Assembly: GCF_023055435.1 (NCBI RefSeq)
Contig: NW_025963791.1
Location: forward strand, 26,598,001 to 26,662,000
Origin: Haliotis rufescens
Taxonomy: Eukaryota
Length of the DNA stretch: 64,000 nt
Reading direction: 5' to 3'
Positions 63,198 through 64,000 of this stretch are shown here, in pieces. The notes below the pieces were generated by a model. The model had not been told where the DNA came from. It made no database searches and worked only from the letters and a program-made list of their open reading frames with translations. Every line of letters begins with the position of its first letter. Positions within the stretch are counted from its first letter, which is position 1. Made by a program: the position numbers and the translations under genes.

Positions 63198-63440
63198 AGG
63201 ATAAGAATTTATGGATGAACAACTTCTTTATTACAATTAAGTGCAACGTTTCAGTGTAGGTTCTAACACCGTTGTCAAGCAAGTGATATACAGAGTATGG
63301 TTGACAAGTATACTAGTATATACAGAGATCAGATGTAGTTATACTGGAGTGGAGAAGCTCTTAATTGTAATGAAGAAGTTGTTCATTCATAAATTCTTAT
63401 CCTTACTTAGTACTCCAACTTCTAAATGCCTATCAAAGAA
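63198..63440 (-). mobile_element. Penelope-like element remnant with 13-bp TSD
   Basis: Flanked by CTGTAGCTTGATA (63185-63197, 63441-63453); inverted arms; minus-strand motif CTTGACAACGGTGTTAGAACCTACACTGAAACGTTG. Confidence 0.65.
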
Positions 63441-64000
63441 CTGTAGCTTGATATTTGGTAATCTTAAAGGGGCACTGATCTAACGCAATTCCCCGGGACT
63501 GGTTGTTGCCTTTGTTATTGTTTTTTCCCAGTGAATACCCGGATGTATAGCAGAAATCTAGACTAGTTCGCGACCTCTGCTGCGCCATTCGTAAGCGCAT
63601 TAGTCACTTTTATGGGTAGTAATAAGGGCGTATGGTCACATTGATCAACAAAATGAAAAAAAGTTTTCGAGATAATAAGGAAATGTAGGTATCTTTGTGA
63701 GTAGCATCAATATGGTGACGAAGTTTTGATAAGTCACTTGCTTGGTAATTTTGCGATTTTCGTTTACACTATTTTGACTTGCAACACAAAGTATATATTT
63801 CACATGAGCATATGCTTTTTTTATAGTGTGTATATTTTTTACTGTCAAATGTGTAACAAATTTATTAAACGTCTAAATATTCAGTTATTTTACAAAGTGA
63901 CTGAAAAACATTTCCATCTGTATTATTATGACAACGAATTCCAAACATTTTGATGTTTAATGTCATCACCAAGAGAGTACATTTCTAAGTTGTTTGGCTT

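Overview
AT-rich eukaryotic (metazoan) genomic DNA; the SINE repertoire suggests a mollusc, probably abalone (Haliotis), which is inference from recall. Four intron-containing genes were reconstructed by hand with GT-AG junctions and consistent phase. (1) A 175-aa stathmin-domain (STMND1-like) gene, minus strand, 20600-21248. (2) A 203-aa two-TM protein with three C-terminal PY motifs (TMEM252-like architecture), minus strand, 28692-32127, only partly visible in the ORF track. (3) WBP2, plus strand, 33479-42773, head-to-head with gene 2. (4) Mitochondrial tyrosyl-tRNA synthetase YARS2, plus strand, 48471 to beyond 63105 (last exon not found in the window). Positions 1-19300 have no supportable host CDS. 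The rest is SINEs (three main families, many with TSDs), a decayed LINE, Tigger/Tc1-like and 9-bp-TSD MITEs, Penelope-like termini and minisatellites. Most unusual: the YARS2 exon carrying the KLGKT catalytic motif sits between a 15-bp GU-rich array and a 59-bp array made of ~39 copies of its own 3' end plus splice donor; and two PPxY WW-ligand genes appear to share a bidirectional promoter.
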